In this document: one piece after another, positions 1-8,607 of the stretch
Layout of the letters: each line of letters begins with the position of its first letter
Numbering within the stretch: the stretch's first letter is position 1
Assembly: GCA_040876265.1 (NCBI GenBank)
Contig: JBBDPN010000001.1
Location: 118,208-182,207 of the forward strand
Direction: 5' to 3'
From: Candidatus Woykebacteria bacterium
GTDB taxonomy: Bacteria > Patescibacteriota > Microgenomatia > Woykebacterales > RBG-16-39-9b
DNA: 64,000 nucleotides
Notes under the pieces: generated by a model
The model's database searches: none
Told to the model about the DNA's origin: nothing
The model's input: the letters and a program-made list of their open reading frames with translations, nothing else
Position numbers and translations under genes: made by a program

Positions 1-11
1 GCACAGCGCCT

Positions 12-341
12 ATGGGAGATGATATATTTAATTATCTGAGCCAGAGACAAGGAAGATTTGGTTTTATACTTGGTAGCGAAAATAAACTTATACTGCCTGA
101 TCTGGAAGAGCCAGCAGAAGTTAGAGAATTGTCAACGCCGACCCAGGTTTGGAGAGAATTGTCCGTTGGTGATAAAGTAAGGTATCTGCGGAAAGAAAGT
201 GGCGATCTGTTGGGAGTAGTAAAAGAACTTCCAGGGGAGCAGATAATAAATTCTGGTATTTTGGCACAAGTAGCAAAAGTAGCTTTTAACTCCAAACAGG
301 AATTACTTTTGCCAGCAGCCAATTTAGAAATAATTGAGTAA
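12..341 (+). CDS. hypothetical protein; the frame is open to the window edge, so it may be 5'-partial
   Basis: Six-frame ORF with no recognisable motifs. No in-frame stop lies between position 3 and the ATG at 12. Confidence 0.3.
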   Translation: MGDDIFNYLSQRQGRFGFILGSENKLILPDLEEPAEVRELSTPTQVWRELSVGDKVRYLRKESGDLLGVVKELPGEQIINSGILAQVAKVAFNSKQELLLPAANLEIIE

Positions 342-346
342 TTTTT

Positions 347-1582
347 ATGGAGCAAACTCATACGCAAGAAAAGAAAACTTCGGGCCAAAAAATCACTCGA
401 TTTTTGCCTAAACTAGCGTTTATCGCAATAGTGTTTGTTTTTGGTATCTGGGTCGGGCAAAGTGTTGTCCTACCGTTTGCACCAGAGAGACCACCGCTTT
501 TTAATATCTCCGGTAAAGAGACACCCAATCAAATAAAAGCTGATTTTACTCCGTTTTGGCAAGCTTGGGACAAGGTTACCACCGAGTATTTAGAAAGAAA
601 TAAACTAGACCCGCAAGATCTGATCTACGGTGCTATCTCGGGTATGGTCCGAGCCATAGGCGATCCGTATACTGTTTTCCTTGACCCACAGCAGAATAGC
701 GAGTTTGAACTTTCACTTTCAGGCACCTATGAAGGAGTGGGTATAGAGCTTGATGTTCGGGACGAGCAGCTTGTGGTTGTAGCTCCAATCGATGGCACAC
801 CGGCTCAAAAAGCTGGGGTGAAAGCTGGGGATAAGATACTTGAAATTGATGGAACGGATACACGGGCCTTGACTATACAGGAAGCTGTTCAAAAGATCCG
901 TGGTGAAAAGAATACAGATGTTGTTTTGAAGTTGCAACGTAACGGAAAGACGCTAGATATTAAAATAACTCGGGCAAGAATAGTCATCGAGAGTGTCAAG
1001 TTTGAAGATCTTGGTGGAAAAGCGGCGAAAATCCAAATCACTCGGTTTGGCGATAACACCTTGCCTGAATGGAGTAAAGCAGTAAATAAATTTGTTGCTG
1101 GTAATTACAAAAAGTTAGTTCTTGATTTGCGCAATAACCCTGGTGGTAGGTTGGATCTTGCAATATCGATCTCAGCCGATTTTGTTGACAAAGGCACGAT
1201 TACAATGCTGGAGGAAGAAGCCTCTGGAAAGCAAATACCTTTCAAGACAGAGTCTGTTCCACGACTAAAAAATATAGAAACAGTCGTTTTAATCAATGAA
1301 GGTAGTGCTTCAGCTTCGGAGATAGTCGCTGGTGCTCTGCGAGATATTTTGGGAACAAAATTGGTAGGCCAGACCTCATTTGGTAAGGGTACCATCCAGA
1401 GAGTTGATGGTTTACCAAAAGGTGCTGGACTACATATCACGTTCGCTAAATGGCTCACTCCTAAAGGTACTTGGGTAAACAAAAAAGGCTTGAAGCCAGA
1501 TGTGCAAGTGAAGTTGACTGATAAAGATATAGCCGCAAAACGCGATCCCCAACTATCCAAAGCTCTCCAACTCCTCAAATAG
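347..1582 (+). CDS. ctpA: C-terminal processing (tail-specific) peptidase, S41 family
   Basis: N-terminal TM anchor, a PDZ-like segment (GVKAGDKILEIDG) and S41 motifs (LRNNPGG; catalytic-region EGSASASE). Typical Ctp length. Confidence 0.85.
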   Translation: MEQTHTQEKKTSGQKITRFLPKLAFIAIVFVFGIWVGQSVVLPFAPERPPLFNISGKETPNQIKADFTPFWQAWDKVTTEYLERNKLDPQDLIYGAISGMVRAIGDPYTVFLDPQQNSEFELSLSGTYEGVGIELDVRDEQLVVVAPIDGTPAQKAGVKAGDKILEIDGTDTRALTIQEAVQKIRGEKNTDVVLKLQRNGKTLDIKITRARIVIESVKFEDLGGKAAKIQITRFGDNTLPEWSKAVNKFVAGNYKKLVLDLRNNPGGRLDLAISISADFVDKGTITMLEEEASGKQIPFKTESVPRLKNIETVVLINEGSASASEIVAGALRDILGTKLVGQTSFGKGTIQRVDGLPKGAGLHITFAKWLTPKGTWVNKKGLKPDVQVKLTDKDIAAKRDPQLSKALQLLK

Positions 1583-1596
1583 ATCTCGGACAGTCG

Positions 1597-1615
1597 GACA
1601 GGGTCCGTCCCTGTC
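1597..1615. repeat. Palindromic hairpin GACAGGG-TCCGT-CCCTGTC, a variant member of a four-copy intergenic family
   Basis: Read directly: a 7-bp inverted repeat just after the ctp stop codon, preceded by a GGACAG direct repeat. Related copies lie at 14067, 59747 and 61135. Confidence 0.5.
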
Positions 1616-1724
1616 ATCATATATTTATGGCTCCAATTGATTGGACTTTGTGATAAACTAATCTTCTTCGGCCTGCTGGTCGATTTTTCATTTGCACACT
1701 TACAACATAAGGAGGAGATAGGCG

Positions 1725-2684
1725 ATGGTCGATCAACCTGAAAGTGTGGTTGTTCATACCCCAGAGATCCCAGAGTTGAAGAAGGTTAAGGACGGGAAGG
1801 TTCGGAGTATCTTCGAGTTTGACGGAGGGCTCCTGCTCTTTGTGGCCTCTGACAGGATCAGTGCCCGGGATAAGGTGCTGCGGCCAGGCATCCCAGGTAA
1901 AGGCCGGGTGCTAAACAGCATGAGTACCCTCTTCTTTCAGTTAACCTTTGGTATAGCCCCGAACCATATGGTGAGGGAAGAGCAGCTGCCACCACCCTCG
2001 CGTCAGAGGTTGGCTGAGCTCTACGAGGCCTACCCCTGGCTTTCTGGTCGAACGATGGTTGTCCGGGCTGGTCAGGTAGTGCCGATCGAGTTCATCTTCC
2101 GTGCTCACAGCACTGGGTCGTTCTATAAGGCTTACACAGAGTCCGGGGGTTTCGAGAAAGGGGCGACAGTCCTGGGGTACTATTGTCCTCTGGGGATGAA
2201 AAACGGAGATCCGTTCCCGGAGCCAATCTTTACCCCTTCTACGAAGGCTCCCGCCGGAGAACACGACGTTAACGTTACCTATGAAAAGGCCTACGAGCAC
2301 CTGTTGAGAGAGACTGATCTAGGCGTTTCCAAGGCTCGCAGAGTGCTCAACTGGGGTCAGACGCGCGGCCTAGCCCTTACGACATGGGGTTACCGATACG
2401 CTCGAGAACATGGGTTTATCCTGGCTGACCACAAGATCGAAGTGGTTCTGGTTCAAGGTGGAGTCGAGTTGATCGGCGACGAACTTTTTACGCCTGACTC
2501 GTCCCGCTTTCTTCGGCTTGAGGATTTCGAGCGCGGGAACATCGTTCATTACGATAAAGAGCCAGTTAGGGAAGAACTCGACGAAATGTGGGCTGGGAAA
2601 AGCACCCCGCCCAGATTACGTCAGGGCGCCGTGGAGGAAACCGCGCAAAGGTACAGGGCCATCCACGATGCTCTAGTCGTATAA
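1725..2684 (+). CDS. purC: SAICAR synthetase-like protein (long, ADE1-type PurC) with a divergent active-site motif
   Basis: GKVRSIFEFDGGLLLFVASDRISARDKV matches the PurC GKVRDIYE...ATDRISAFD motif with F changed to R. KGRVLNSMSTLFFQ matches KG.LLT..S.FWF, and LADHKIE...DELFTPDSSRF matches the C-terminal PurC motif. Strong RBS AAGGAGGAG. GC content is much higher than the flanks. Confidence 0.7.
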   Translation: MVDQPESVVVHTPEIPELKKVKDGKVRSIFEFDGGLLLFVASDRISARDKVLRPGIPGKGRVLNSMSTLFFQLTFGIAPNHMVREEQLPPPSRQRLAELYEAYPWLSGRTMVVRAGQVVPIEFIFRAHSTGSFYKAYTESGGFEKGATVLGYYCPLGMKNGDPFPEPIFTPSTKAPAGEHDVNVTYEKAYEHLLRETDLGVSKARRVLNWGQTRGLALTTWGYRYAREHGFILADHKIEVVLVQGGVELIGDELFTPDSSRFLRLEDFERGNIVHYDKEPVREELDEMWAGKSTPPRLRQGAVEETAQRYRAIHDALVV

Positions 2685-2741
2685 GAAGAACGAAGAGATG
2701 CAACAACGGCGTCAAGCCTTCTAGCTTGGCGCCTTTCCATT

Positions 2742-2770
2742 TTGACAGACAAGCGGGTGAGATGTATAAT
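2742..2770 (+). promoter_or_regulatory. Perfect consensus sigma70 promoter (TTGACA-17 nt-TATAAT)
   Basis: TTGACA at 2742-2747, a 17-nt spacer, and TATAAT at 2765-2770. An RBS AAGGAG (2794-2799) and a GTG at 2808 follow downstream. Confidence 0.55.
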
Positions 2771-2807
2771 CCTCGGCTATCAAGATCAAGCAGAAGGAGA
2801 GAATACA

Positions 2808-3464
2808 GTGCGTTTCTTCTGGCCAGCGATAACTGTTCTTGTGATCGTTCTCATGGCAATCCTTCTAATGTCCAACAACCGGGAGAGCGGTTCTTGGCAT
2901 CTCTCCGGGGATCGGGATGAGATAGAGATTAAGATTTTGCCCTCTCCTACAACCATCTCCGGCCCAACGGTTGAGGCAGATGAAGAGTTTCCAGGTGGGT
3001 GTCCGCCCCAACAAGTCGTAAAGACGGCGGTGAACTACCAAGGTCAGCCAGTTCAATCGTTCAGTAAGGAGTTTCTAAACCTGCTTGAGCCGATTGAGCT
3101 CCCAAACGGTGTAGTTGGAGCGAAGCTGGAAACAAGTAACTTCTGCGTGTTCGAGATCAACGGGTTGATCTTTGGTGAGTTTGATGGACACCTAGACGTT
3201 GAGGGTCGGTGGGTTTCCGGACAAGAATTTCGTGACTTCCTGGACCAGAGAGGTATTCAGGATGATATCTGCCAGATCATCTGGGCTAGGTGTCAACAAG
3301 AGCCGATCGACCCAGAAACACCTGAGGTACCGAACCAGCAGAGAGATAGAGATCATGGGGCGTTTACCGACCAGTTTGGTAAGCGCCTCTCTTCGTTTGT
3401 TGACATAAAGACTACAAAATGGTTTAATAAATTTTTAGAATGCATCGGTCGGAAAGGGGAATAG
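2808..3464 (+). CDS. hypothetical small membrane/secreted protein (one N-terminal TM helix)
   Basis: The ORF track calls an ATG at 2742, but that codon is the -35 hexamer of the promoter. A GTG at 2808, in frame and 8 nt after AAGGAG, is the more plausible start. TM segment ITVLVIVLMAILLM. No known motifs. Confidence 0.45.
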   Translation: MRFFWPAITVLVIVLMAILLMSNNRESGSWHLSGDRDEIEIKILPSPTTISGPTVEADEEFPGGCPPQQVVKTAVNYQGQPVQSFSKEFLNLLEPIELPNGVVGAKLETSNFCVFEINGLIFGEFDGHLDVEGRWVSGQEFRDFLDQRGIQDDICQIIWARCQQEPIDPETPEVPNQQRDRDHGAFTDQFGKRLSSFVDIKTTKWFNKFLECIGRKGE

Positions 3465-3477
3465 CCAGCATAACTAG

Positions 3478-3501
3478 ATAGCCCGAAGGGGCTATTTTTT
3501 T
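3478..3501 (+). terminator. Intrinsic terminator-like hairpin (TAGCCC-GAAG-GGGCTA) followed by T7
   Basis: A 6-bp GC stem with a GAAG tetraloop and a 7-T run, immediately before the ATG at 3502. Confidence 0.5.
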
Positions 3502-3549
3502 ATGCCTTGGTTTGCCCGAGAGATAAACGCACATTACAAGGAGGTTACG

Positions 3550-4527
3550 GTGCCCAGTAAACCTTGGACAGACTTTCCGGTTGTCGTTTCTGCCAATCAG
3601 TTTGGTCCGAAGTTCCTGATCAAAGAGCTCTTCCCCCTAGCTGATCGCATGAGGGATGTGGCTGAAAATGGAGGCAACAACTCTCTGCAGGGACACGAGG
3701 TGTTCCTGCTTTTCTACGAGGCCTCCACCAGAACTATCACATCTTTCAAACGGGCAACGAAACTTCTTGGCGCCGATTACGACTATACGGAGAGCGCTAG
3801 GCAGTTTTCATCGGCTATCAAAGGCGAAAGTCTTGAGGATACGGTTAGAATCCTCAACGGCTACTACTACAGTCTGATCGTCATTCGTTATGACGAAACA
3901 GGGGGTGCCGCAAGGGCCGCTAGAGCCTCAGAGATCCCCGTGATCAATGCTGGTGATGGTAATGGTGAGCATCCGACCCAAGCGCTGTTGGATCTGTACA
4001 CCATCTATAGCCAGTTCAGTCACTTCGACGGGCTTCGCGTAGCGTTGGTCGGTGATCTGCATAATAGTCGAACTATCCACTCGTTGGCGACGTTACTCGC
4101 CAAGATGGGAGGAGTGGAGCTTTCGCTGGTCTCGCCAAGCAAATTTCGTATAGATGATCACCACACAAGACCCTTTCTCGTCGAGAGTGGTTGCAAATTT
4201 AAGGAGGTAAGCAACCTCATGGAAGTAGCTGGGGAGGTGGATGTTGTTTACCTCACGAGACTTCAGACGGAACGCCTCAAGGCGGTGACCAAAAGTAACG
4301 CCTTGGACTGGGGTGGCGAGGGAAACGTGTGCGTTTGCATTAATGACGAAGTTCTAGGTGCGATGCAGAAAGAAGCAATCATCCTGCACCCCCTGCCTAG
4401 GAGTGATGACTTCGTGGAGCTGCCTGAAAAGCTCGATACCGACCCCCGAGTTCAAATCTTTCAGCAGGCCCAGAACGGACTCTTTGTTCGGATGGCCCTG
4501 TTGGAGATGATACTTGGGGTGTCATAG
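3550..4527 (+). CDS. pyrB: aspartate carbamoyltransferase catalytic chain-like protein (ATCase/OTCase fold)
   Basis: STRT motif (ASTRTITSFK), HPTQALLDL, TRLQTER (Asp-binding R/Q) and HPLPR motifs typical of PyrB. Likely start is the GTG at 3550, 6 nt after AAGGAGG. The alternative ATG at 3502 abuts the terminator T-tract. High-GC island. Confidence 0.7.
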   Translation: MPSKPWTDFPVVVSANQFGPKFLIKELFPLADRMRDVAENGGNNSLQGHEVFLLFYEASTRTITSFKRATKLLGADYDYTESARQFSSAIKGESLEDTVRILNGYYYSLIVIRYDETGGAARAARASEIPVINAGDGNGEHPTQALLDLYTIYSQFSHFDGLRVALVGDLHNSRTIHSLATLLAKMGGVELSLVSPSKFRIDDHHTRPFLVESGCKFKEVSNLMEVAGEVDVVYLTRLQTERLKAVTKSNALDWGGEGNVCVCINDEVLGAMQKEAIILHPLPRSDDFVELPEKLDTDPRVQIFQQAQNGLFVRMALLEMILGVS

Positions 4528-4544
4528 GCTAGAACCTGCCAAGA

Positions 4545-4580
4545 ACCGGAGCGACCGTAGGTTGCTCCGGTTAACTTTTG
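4545..4580 (+). terminator. Hairpin (AACCGGAGC ... GCTCCGGTT) followed by AACTTTT, downstream of the ATCase-like gene
   Basis: 9-bp inverted repeat read directly. The T-tract is weak. Confidence 0.4.
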
Positions 4581-4654
4581 AAAACAATTTAGTTACATTT
4601 TTGATAAAATATCAACAAGGTTGATGTTTTACACCCATTAGTAATGGATATAAA

Positions 4655-5803
4655 ATGAAAATAATGCTCAAAAAGTATAAAAATCAGGTATTTATTATTG
4701 GCGGTTTAGTAGCCGTTTTTTTGCTGGCGGTGATTGTGGGTACGGCTATTGGAGTTTCGTACCCAAATTGGTCAAAAAACCTTTCTTTTCTCCCCGACTT
4801 TTTGAAACCGGCTTCAGGTGTTGAAGAAGTCACTCAAAACGGTGAAAAAGTTATTCGTACAGTAGAGGAGTCGGCTGTTATTGACGTGGCTGACAAGGCC
4901 TCACCAGCCGTTGTTTCAATCGTAGCTTCGCAGGCAACCCTTGATCCGGCTCAAGGTGTTCAAACAGATCAGCAAGGTATCGGGACTGGGTTTATTGTTC
5001 GTAAAGATGGAGTGATCTTGACCGCCTCTCACGTTGTAGATGATGATAGCATCAGCTATAAAGTTGTAACCCGCGATGAAAAACAATTCGACGTTATACA
5101 GATAGATAAAGACCCTTCTGTCGATTTCGCTATTTTAAAAATAAAAGCAGGGGGTTTACCGATCTTAAAATTAGCTGACTCGGATTCTGTAAGAGTTGGT
5201 CAGAAAGTTGTGGCCATCGGTAATGCTCTTGGTCGTTTTAGCAACACCGTGACAGTGGGAGTGGTGTCCGGTGTTGGCCGTGGGGTAGCTGCTTCAAATG
5301 CGTCTGGTATCTCTCAAGGAACCTTAGAAAATGTCATCCAGACAGACGCTGCGCTCAATCCGGGAAACAGTGGTGGTCCACTGCTGGATCTTTCTGCCAA
5401 CGTAATCGGGATAAATTTTGCCACTACTGTTGGCGCGGAGAACATCGGCTTTGTCATACCAGCCAATAGTGTAGAGCCAGTCCTTCAGCAATATCTAGCA
5501 GAGGGTAGAATAATTCGCCCGTTCCTAGGTATTTCTTATGTAATTGTTGACGAGACAACTTCAGTGCTGCAAGGTATTCCTCAAGGTGTCTTTGTCCAAA
5601 GAGTGCTGGCTGGCACACCTGCAGCAAAAGCAGGTTTGGAAGCAGGAGACGTGATAACAAAGTTTGGTGGGCAAAAGTTGGATGAAAATCAAACGCTTTC
5701 TAGAGTGATTGGTAAATTCAAGGTGGGTCAAACAATTGAGTTGGAAGTAAACCGAGATGGGAAGACTGTTAAACTGAAGACAACACTTACAGAAGCCCCA
5801 TGA
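4655..5803 (+). CDS. htrA: HtrA/DegP-family periplasmic serine protease with a C-terminal PDZ domain
   Basis: N-terminal TM helix. Trypsin-like motifs (TASHVV; DAALNPGNSGGPLLD) and a PDZ segment (GLEAGDVITKFGG). Confidence 0.85.
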   Translation: MKIMLKKYKNQVFIIGGLVAVFLLAVIVGTAIGVSYPNWSKNLSFLPDFLKPASGVEEVTQNGEKVIRTVEESAVIDVADKASPAVVSIVASQATLDPAQGVQTDQQGIGTGFIVRKDGVILTASHVVDDDSISYKVVTRDEKQFDVIQIDKDPSVDFAILKIKAGGLPILKLADSDSVRVGQKVVAIGNALGRFSNTVTVGVVSGVGRGVAASNASGISQGTLENVIQTDAALNPGNSGGPLLDLSANVIGINFATTVGAENIGFVIPANSVEPVLQQYLAEGRIIRPFLGISYVIVDETTSVLQGIPQGVFVQRVLAGTPAAKAGLEAGDVITKFGGQKLDENQTLSRVIGKFKVGQTIELEVNRDGKTVKLKTTLTEAP

Positions 5804-5863
5804 TCTATCTGCTTCTTTGACACCTGCGTTTGCAACCCCGTAAAATAAATCCTAAAGGGTTAT

Positions 5864-7141
5864 ATGTTGGAAAAACTAAAATCACACTCGTTTAGGCAGG
5901 ATATTTATCTTTTCTTAACCTTTATTCTTTTTGCCTCTATTGTTATTACGGTAGATAGCCTCTCGACGCTTCGGAACACACAGACCCAAGCTACCCACAC
6001 AATTGAAACTTTACTCTTTGATGATTTCAATTCCTCCTCTTTGAATACAACTTTGTGGGGAAGCGCAGTTACGAGGAGTAATTCTCATGTTCAGATTAGT
6101 AACGGCACCGTGAGAATAAAGGTTGACAACCTGCCGGATACATATGCGCAGCTTTATTCCAAAAAGAGTTTTCCTGTAGGTTCCACTTTCGAAACCAGGA
6201 TAAACGTTACCGGGGGGCAATCATACGATCACAAAACTATTGGTTTCTCCAATTCTAGAGCGGGTAGTGATTGTAGCAATGGGGAAACAGAAGCGGTGGT
6301 GTGGAGAGGTGGGGATAAGGACAAACGCGTCCTAGCTGAAAGCGGGGGTAGTGTTACTTGCCCCATTATACAATCATCTTACCCCGCTGGTTGGCGAACG
6401 ATAAAAATTGTTAGAGTAAGCAGTAGTGAAGCTAGGATTTATGAGGACGGTGTGCTACTAAAAACTTTTAATTCCAATATTCCTACGGGGAATTTACCTG
6501 TTCGAATTAGCGGTTATACTCACGAGACAAGCTGGCCTTCAACAGAAATTTGGATGTACGTGGATTGGGTCAAAGTGACCAAACCAAAAGCTCACTCGAC
6601 CGCACCGCCGCCGTCCCTACCAAAAAGCAGTAAAGGTACCAGCAGTGGTGGATCTTCACCTCCTGCAGCACAACCAAGTCCCACAGATGCTACAAAAACT
6701 TCTTCGAGCAAAAATATTCTGAATTCGCTGAACTTAAAAATTTCTATCCCTTATTTGCTGGGTAAAATAAATTTACCAATTAAATTCTCCAAAGTCTCGA
6801 AGAGCTTGGAAGTTTTACCAGGAAGAGTAGAGTATAGTGTTAATGTGAGAGGGGATGAAATACTGCTGGGCAAGGTCTATACACTTACCGTTGGGGGAGG
6901 TAAGGTTTTAAGTAAGAAAGTTAGATTCAACGCGAAAGCACCGAAAATGAAAGTAAATGTTGGCAGCCTTATTCTAGGTGATGTCAACTCAGATTCGGTG
7001 ATCAATAATGGGGATGATGACCTATTTGTGGATTTTCTGGTTGGTCAAAGTGTAGATGGCGATGTAAATGCCGATGGTGCTACCAATTCACTGGACTGGG
7101 CGATAATTCTTAAGAATTTTGATAAAATAGGAGACAGATGA
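5864..7141 (+). CDS. secreted protein with a ConA-like lectin/glucanase-like domain, a Pro/Ser-rich linker and a C-terminal dockerin-like domain
   Basis: Signal/TM anchor at the N-terminus. The C-terminus carries two dockerin-like Ca-binding repeats (GDVNSDSVINNGDDDLFVDFLVGQ; DGDVNADGATNSLDWAIILKNF). A PSLPKSS...SSPPAAQPSPTD linker lies between the domains. Confidence 0.6.
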   Translation: MLEKLKSHSFRQDIYLFLTFILFASIVITVDSLSTLRNTQTQATHTIETLLFDDFNSSSLNTTLWGSAVTRSNSHVQISNGTVRIKVDNLPDTYAQLYSKKSFPVGSTFETRINVTGGQSYDHKTIGFSNSRAGSDCSNGETEAVVWRGGDKDKRVLAESGGSVTCPIIQSSYPAGWRTIKIVRVSSSEARIYEDGVLLKTFNSNIPTGNLPVRISGYTHETSWPSTEIWMYVDWVKVTKPKAHSTAPPPSLPKSSKGTSSGGSSPPAAQPSPTDATKTSSSKNILNSLNLKISIPYLLGKINLPIKFSKVSKSLEVLPGRVEYSVNVRGDEILLGKVYTLTVGGGKVLSKKVRFNAKAPKMKVNVGSLILGDVNSDSVINNGDDDLFVDFLVGQSVDGDVNADGATNSLDWAIILKNFDKIGDR

Positions 7142-7827
7142 CAATTACAAAACTGCTCATTACCTCCGGGTTAATTATTTTCTCAACCACTTCTTTTAGT
7201 CAAGTTGCTCTCGCCCAGGAAAAAAATTCCGAAATCATACTTTATCCAAGCTATCGGGAGGTCCGAGTTGGGGAGAATTTCAAAATTGATGTGTTGGCCA
7301 AATCTGATGCGCCTCTAATTGGAGGAGATGTAAAGATAAGTTTTGACCCGCGGGTGATTGAGGTCGTTTCTATCGACACCGGTCAGGCTTTTGATAGCGT
7401 ACCTTTGAAAAAGGTGGAAGAAGGGAAGATTACTATCACTGCCATTAACGAGCGTGAGGGAAATCTATTCAGTGGTGTGGGTAGGGTGGTTACTTTGAAT
7501 TTGAAAACAATTGATGCTGGGGATACTAGTCTGAAAGTTGATTTTGATCCAGGAGCTTCAACCGATTCAAATTTAACTAGCGCCGAAGTTTCCGATACTT
7601 TAGCAAAGGTGGATAGCTCAACGTATATTGTTGGCGGCCCGTTGGAGAGAGCAGTTGGATCAGCTAAAAGATTTGTTATGGCGGTAGCTCCGCTCTTTAT
7701 TTTCTTAATTTTCGCAGGAATAGTTGCTTACGTAGGTTTTAGGTGGTGGAAGTACCGAGAGCAGCAACCAAAAGACGTCTTTATTCCTAGAAAAGTCCCG
7801 TTGGACAAGCCCCCAGAGGCGTCTTAA
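7138..7827 (+). CDS. cohesin-domain protein with a C-terminal transmembrane anchor
   Basis: Cohesin-like beta-sandwich signature (VRVGENFKIDVLAKSD...GGDVKISFDPRVIEVVSI; TLNLKTIDAGDTSLKVDFD). C-terminal TM helix (APLFIFLIFAGIVAYVGF) with a basic tail. Its ATGA start overlaps the stop of the dockerin gene. Confidence 0.6.
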   Translation: MTITKLLITSGLIIFSTTSFSQVALAQEKNSEIILYPSYREVRVGENFKIDVLAKSDAPLIGGDVKISFDPRVIEVVSIDTGQAFDSVPLKKVEEGKITITAINEREGNLFSGVGRVVTLNLKTIDAGDTSLKVDFDPGASTDSNLTSAEVSDTLAKVDSSTYIVGGPLERAVGSAKRFVMAVAPLFIFLIFAGIVAYVGFRWWKYREQQPKDVFIPRKVPLDKPPEAS

Positions 7828-8585
7828 TAATTTTTGACAAAAGTATCCCCGTCGATCTCATAAAAAAGTAACCCGTTTGGCTTCAAAACACTTGCGGCCC
7901 GGTCAAAGAGTTTTCGGTAAATCTTTAACCCATCTCTACCGCCATCCAGGGCTATAGTTGGTTCCCAGCGACTTACCTCTGGTTGAAGTTTTTTTAGCCT
8001 GGTAGTTGGTATGTAAGGCAAATTAGCCACAATAAAATCAGCCTTTTCGGTGACAGATTCCAAGAGGTCGCCCTTAAGCAAACTTATTTTTTTCGAAAGC
8101 CCGTGGTGGCTAATGTTTTGTTTTGCGACATTGTAAGCATCATTATCTATCTCAGTTGCAAATATTTTCGCAAACGGGACTGCCTTTGCTAAAGCAATCG
8201 CGATATTTCCGCTGCCGGTCCCGACATCAACAATTGTTAGCTGATCGTGTTTCCAGTGGTTTTTCCGATTTCTGTTTGGAATAGAGTACACTTGCTTTAT
8301 TACTTCGGTAACCAGATCTTCTGTCTCCGGCCTGGGTACCATTACTCTTTTGTCAACGTAGATTTTCAACCCACAAAATTCTTTATAGCCTAAAATGTAA
8401 GCCAACGGCTCACTCTGAGCCCGTCTTTTAACAAATTCTTTAAGTTTTGTTGCGTGGCCTGTTTTTAGCCTGAAGTTGGGAAAAGCTTTTACAAACGATC
8501 GGTCCCTTTTCAGTAGGTGGGAGAGAATTATCTCGGCTTCGGTTAGGTCGATTTCGCTTTGCTGTAAAGCCGCCTCAATTAACAT
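7824..8585 (-). CDS. prmC: release factor glutamine N5-methyltransferase
   Basis: SAM motif VGTGSGNIAIALA and NLPY(I) substrate motif. Immediately downstream of prfA. Confidence 0.85.
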   Translation of the reverse strand: MLIEAALQQSEIDLTEAEIILSHLLKRDRSFVKAFPNFRLKTGHATKLKEFVKRRAQSEPLAYILGYKEFCGLKIYVDKRVMVPRPETEDLVTEVIKQVYSIPNRNRKNHWKHDQLTIVDVGTGSGNIAIALAKAVPFAKIFATEIDNDAYNVAKQNISHHGLSKKISLLKGDLLESVTEKADFIVANLPYIPTTRLKKLQPEVSRWEPTIALDGGRDGLKIYRKLFDRAASVLKPNGLLFYEIDGDTFVKNY

Positions 8586-8607
8586 GTCCTAGTATTATAC
8601 ATGTGTG

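Noticed and set aside
2742-2807. ATG start at 2742 for the hypothetical membrane protein, as in the ORF track
   Set aside because: The codon coincides with the -35 hexamer of a perfect sigma70 promoter. The downstream GTG with an RBS is the more plausible start.
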